A stretch of DNA of 64,000 nt from Kiloniellales bacterium. Its GTDB lineage: Bacteria > Pseudomonadota > Alphaproteobacteria > Kiloniellales > JAKSDN01. Positions 62,371 to 64,000 of this stretch are shown here, one piece after another. The first letter of the stretch is position 1. Every line of letters starts with the position of its first letter. Under the pieces are notes generated by a model, which worked only from the letters and a program-made list of their open reading frames with translations, did not search any database and was not told the DNA's origin. The DNA is taken from positions 2,564 to 66,563 of the forward strand of contig JBFJPL010000005.1 of NCBI GenBank assembly GCA_041617155.1. The letters run 5' to 3'. Position numbers and translations under genes: made by a program.

Positions 62371-62390
62371 AACCGAAGGACGCCCGCGTC

Positions 62391-63335
62391 ATGCTCGCCT
62401 ATGCGCTGAAGCGATTATCCCTGGCCGCCCTGATCTGCCTGGTCGCGGTGACGATCCTGTTCATCATCATCCACGCGGTGCCCGGCGACCCGGTCAGCAT
62501 CATGCTCGGGCCGCGGGCGACGCCGGAGATGAAGGCGCTGCTGACCAGCAAGATGAGCCTCGACAAGCCGCTGCCGGTCCAGATCTCGGTGTTCTTCGGC
62601 AATCTGCTGCGCGGCGACCTCGGCACCGACATCTTCTCGAACCGGCCGGTCGCCACCATCGTCTTCGAGCAGGTGCCCTACACCCTCGCCCTGATCCTGA
62701 CCTCGATCACCTGGTCGGCGGTGTTGGGCATTTTGCTCGGCTGCTACGCGGCGGTGCGGCCGAACAGCCTGGGCGACCGTCTGGCCGCCGTTCTGTCGGT
62801 CAGCTTCATCGCCGCGCCGGCCTTCGTCGTGGCGCTCTACTCGCTCTTGGTCTTCGCGGTCTGGCTGAAGTGGTTCCCGGCGATCGGCGCCGGCGAGCAG
62901 GGCGACCTGCTCGACCAGCTCAAGCACCTGGTGCTGCCCAGCTTCGCCATCGGCCTGAGCTGGGTCGGCTACATCGCCCGCCTGGTTCGGGCCTCGATGC
63001 TCGAGGTGATGGGCGAGTTGCACATCCGCACGGCGCGCGCCTTCGGCCTGCCGGAACGCTGGATCACTTTCCGCTACGCCCTGCGCCTGGCCATCCTGCC
63101 GACCATCACGGTGATCGGCGTCGGCATGGGCTTCCTGCTGTCGGCCGCGGTCTTCGCCGAGATCGTCTTCGCCCGGCCCGGCCTGGGCAAGCTGGTCATC
63201 GATTCCATCACCACGCGCAACTACCCCGTGGTGATGGGCTCGGTCCTGGTCAGCACGATCCTCTTCGTGCTCGCCACCACGCTGTCGGACCTTGCCAACG
63301 CCGCGCTCGACCCGCGCATCCGAAAGTCGCTCTGA
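62391..63335 (+). CDS. ABC transporter permease (DppB/OppB-like)
   Basis: 314 aa, starting MLAYALKRL. It has six TM segments and an EAA-like loop. Confidence 0.9.
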   Translation: MLAYALKRLSLAALICLVAVTILFIIIHAVPGDPVSIMLGPRATPEMKALLTSKMSLDKPLPVQISVFFGNLLRGDLGTDIFSNRPVATIVFEQVPYTLALILTSITWSAVLGILLGCYAAVRPNSLGDRLAAVLSVSFIAAPAFVVALYSLLVFAVWLKWFPAIGAGEQGDLLDQLKHLVLPSFAIGLSWVGYIARLVRASMLEVMGELHIRTARAFGLPERWITFRYALRLAILPTITVIGVGMGFLLSAAVFAEIVFARPGLGKLVIDSITTRNYPVVMGSVLVSTILFVLATTLSDLANAALDPRIRKSL

Positions 63336-63338
63336 GCC

Positions 63339-64000
63339 ATGGCCGCGATCGAACAGACAAGCGGTTCACACGGCGAGCTGCGCGAGATCCTCGGTCACGT
63401 GGTGCGCGAACCCCTGGGCCTGGCCGGGCTGATCATCGTCTCGCTGATCGTCCTGAGCGCGGTCTTCGCCGATTGGATCGTGCCCTACGACCCGATCGCC
63501 CTGAACATCAAGGACCGCTTGCAGGGGCCTTCCGCGGCCCACTGGTTGGGCGCCGATCAGCTCGGCCGCGACACGCTGTCGCGGGTCATCATGGGCGGGC
63601 GCGTGGCGCTTCAGGTCGCCCTACCGACCATCGCCGGCGCCATGACGATCGGCCTCACGCTCGGCATGATCGCCGGCTTCGGTCCGCGCTGGCTGGACAA
63701 CCTGATCCTTCTGCTGTTCGACACCGTGCGGTCCTTCCCCACGGTCATGTTCGCGCTGGCGGTGGTCGCCCTGGTCGGTCCCAGCCTGGAGACCGTTGTC
63801 TTGGTGATCATGGCGACCTCGGCGCCGACCTACGGCCGCGTGTCGCGGACCCAGACGCTGCAGCTCAAGAACAGCGAGTTCCTGCTGGCCGAACGGGCCA
63901 TGGGCGCCTCGACGCCGCGCATCCTGTTGGTCCATCTGCTGCCCAACGTGCTGGGGCCCCTGGCGGTGCTGGCGGCGATGGACATTCCGACCGTGGTCGG
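63339..64000 (+). CDS. ABC transporter permease (DppC/OppC-like), 3-prime end outside window
   Basis: It is not in the track because it runs off the window edge. Hand translation from ATG 63339 gives MAAIEQTSG...DWIVPYDP...HWLGADQLGRDTLSRV... Confidence 0.85.
   Translation, partial: MAAIEQTSGSHGELREILGHVVREPLGLAGLIIVSLIVLSAVFADWIVPYDPIALNIKDRLQGPSAAHWLGADQLGRDTLSRVIMGGRVALQVALPTIAGAMTIGLTLGMIAGFGPRWLDNLILLLFDTVRSFPTVMFALAVVALVGPSLETVVLVIMATSAPTYGRVSRTQTLQLKNSEFLLAERAMGASTPRILLVHLLPNVLGPLAVLAAMDIPTVV

Overview
This is a GC-rich bacterial chromosomal segment. Its housekeeping synteny (rpoZ-spoT, acpS-lepB-rnc-era-recO-tag, smpB-dapA-slt, parC, thiOSGE behind a TPP riboswitch, cysD-cysNC) looks alphaproteobacterial; that is an inference, since no search was run. 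I support about 55 protein genes. They include two transporter loci (a TRAP system and a peptide-type ABC system), a 1415-aa seven-PAS hybrid histidine kinase, a 1054-aa secreted NxxGxxAF/PKD repeat protein, a SAM-cyclase-STAND-TPR protein and a bactofilin-M23 peptidase pair. Most long ORFs in the track are antisense or alternate-frame shadows of real genes, as expected in high-GC DNA. The clearly non-ordinary stretch is about 39.1-49.3 kb. It starts with nnrS, followed by a tightly coupled Nqr-type operon (nqrB-C-D-E-F-apbE-nqrM-CBS) that has no nqrA. Its NqrB homologue is only 261 aa and lacks the N-terminal third and the SGAT FMN-attachment site, while the redox ligands of NqrC, D, E and F are intact. 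A divergently placed octaheme c-type cytochrome comes next. After it lies a scar of diverged duplicated fragments: a frameshifted nqrB copy, its upstream region joined head-to-tail to the 3-prime end of nnrS, and a doubly truncated SDR remnant. My working hypothesis (inference only) is a five-subunit Nqr derivative that moves electrons between cytoplasmic NADH and a periplasmic multihaem acceptor rather than to quinone via NqrB. nqrM (51 aa) falls below the ORF-track cutoff and was found by hand translation. I recognised no tRNA, rRNA, CRISPR array, transposase or integrase.
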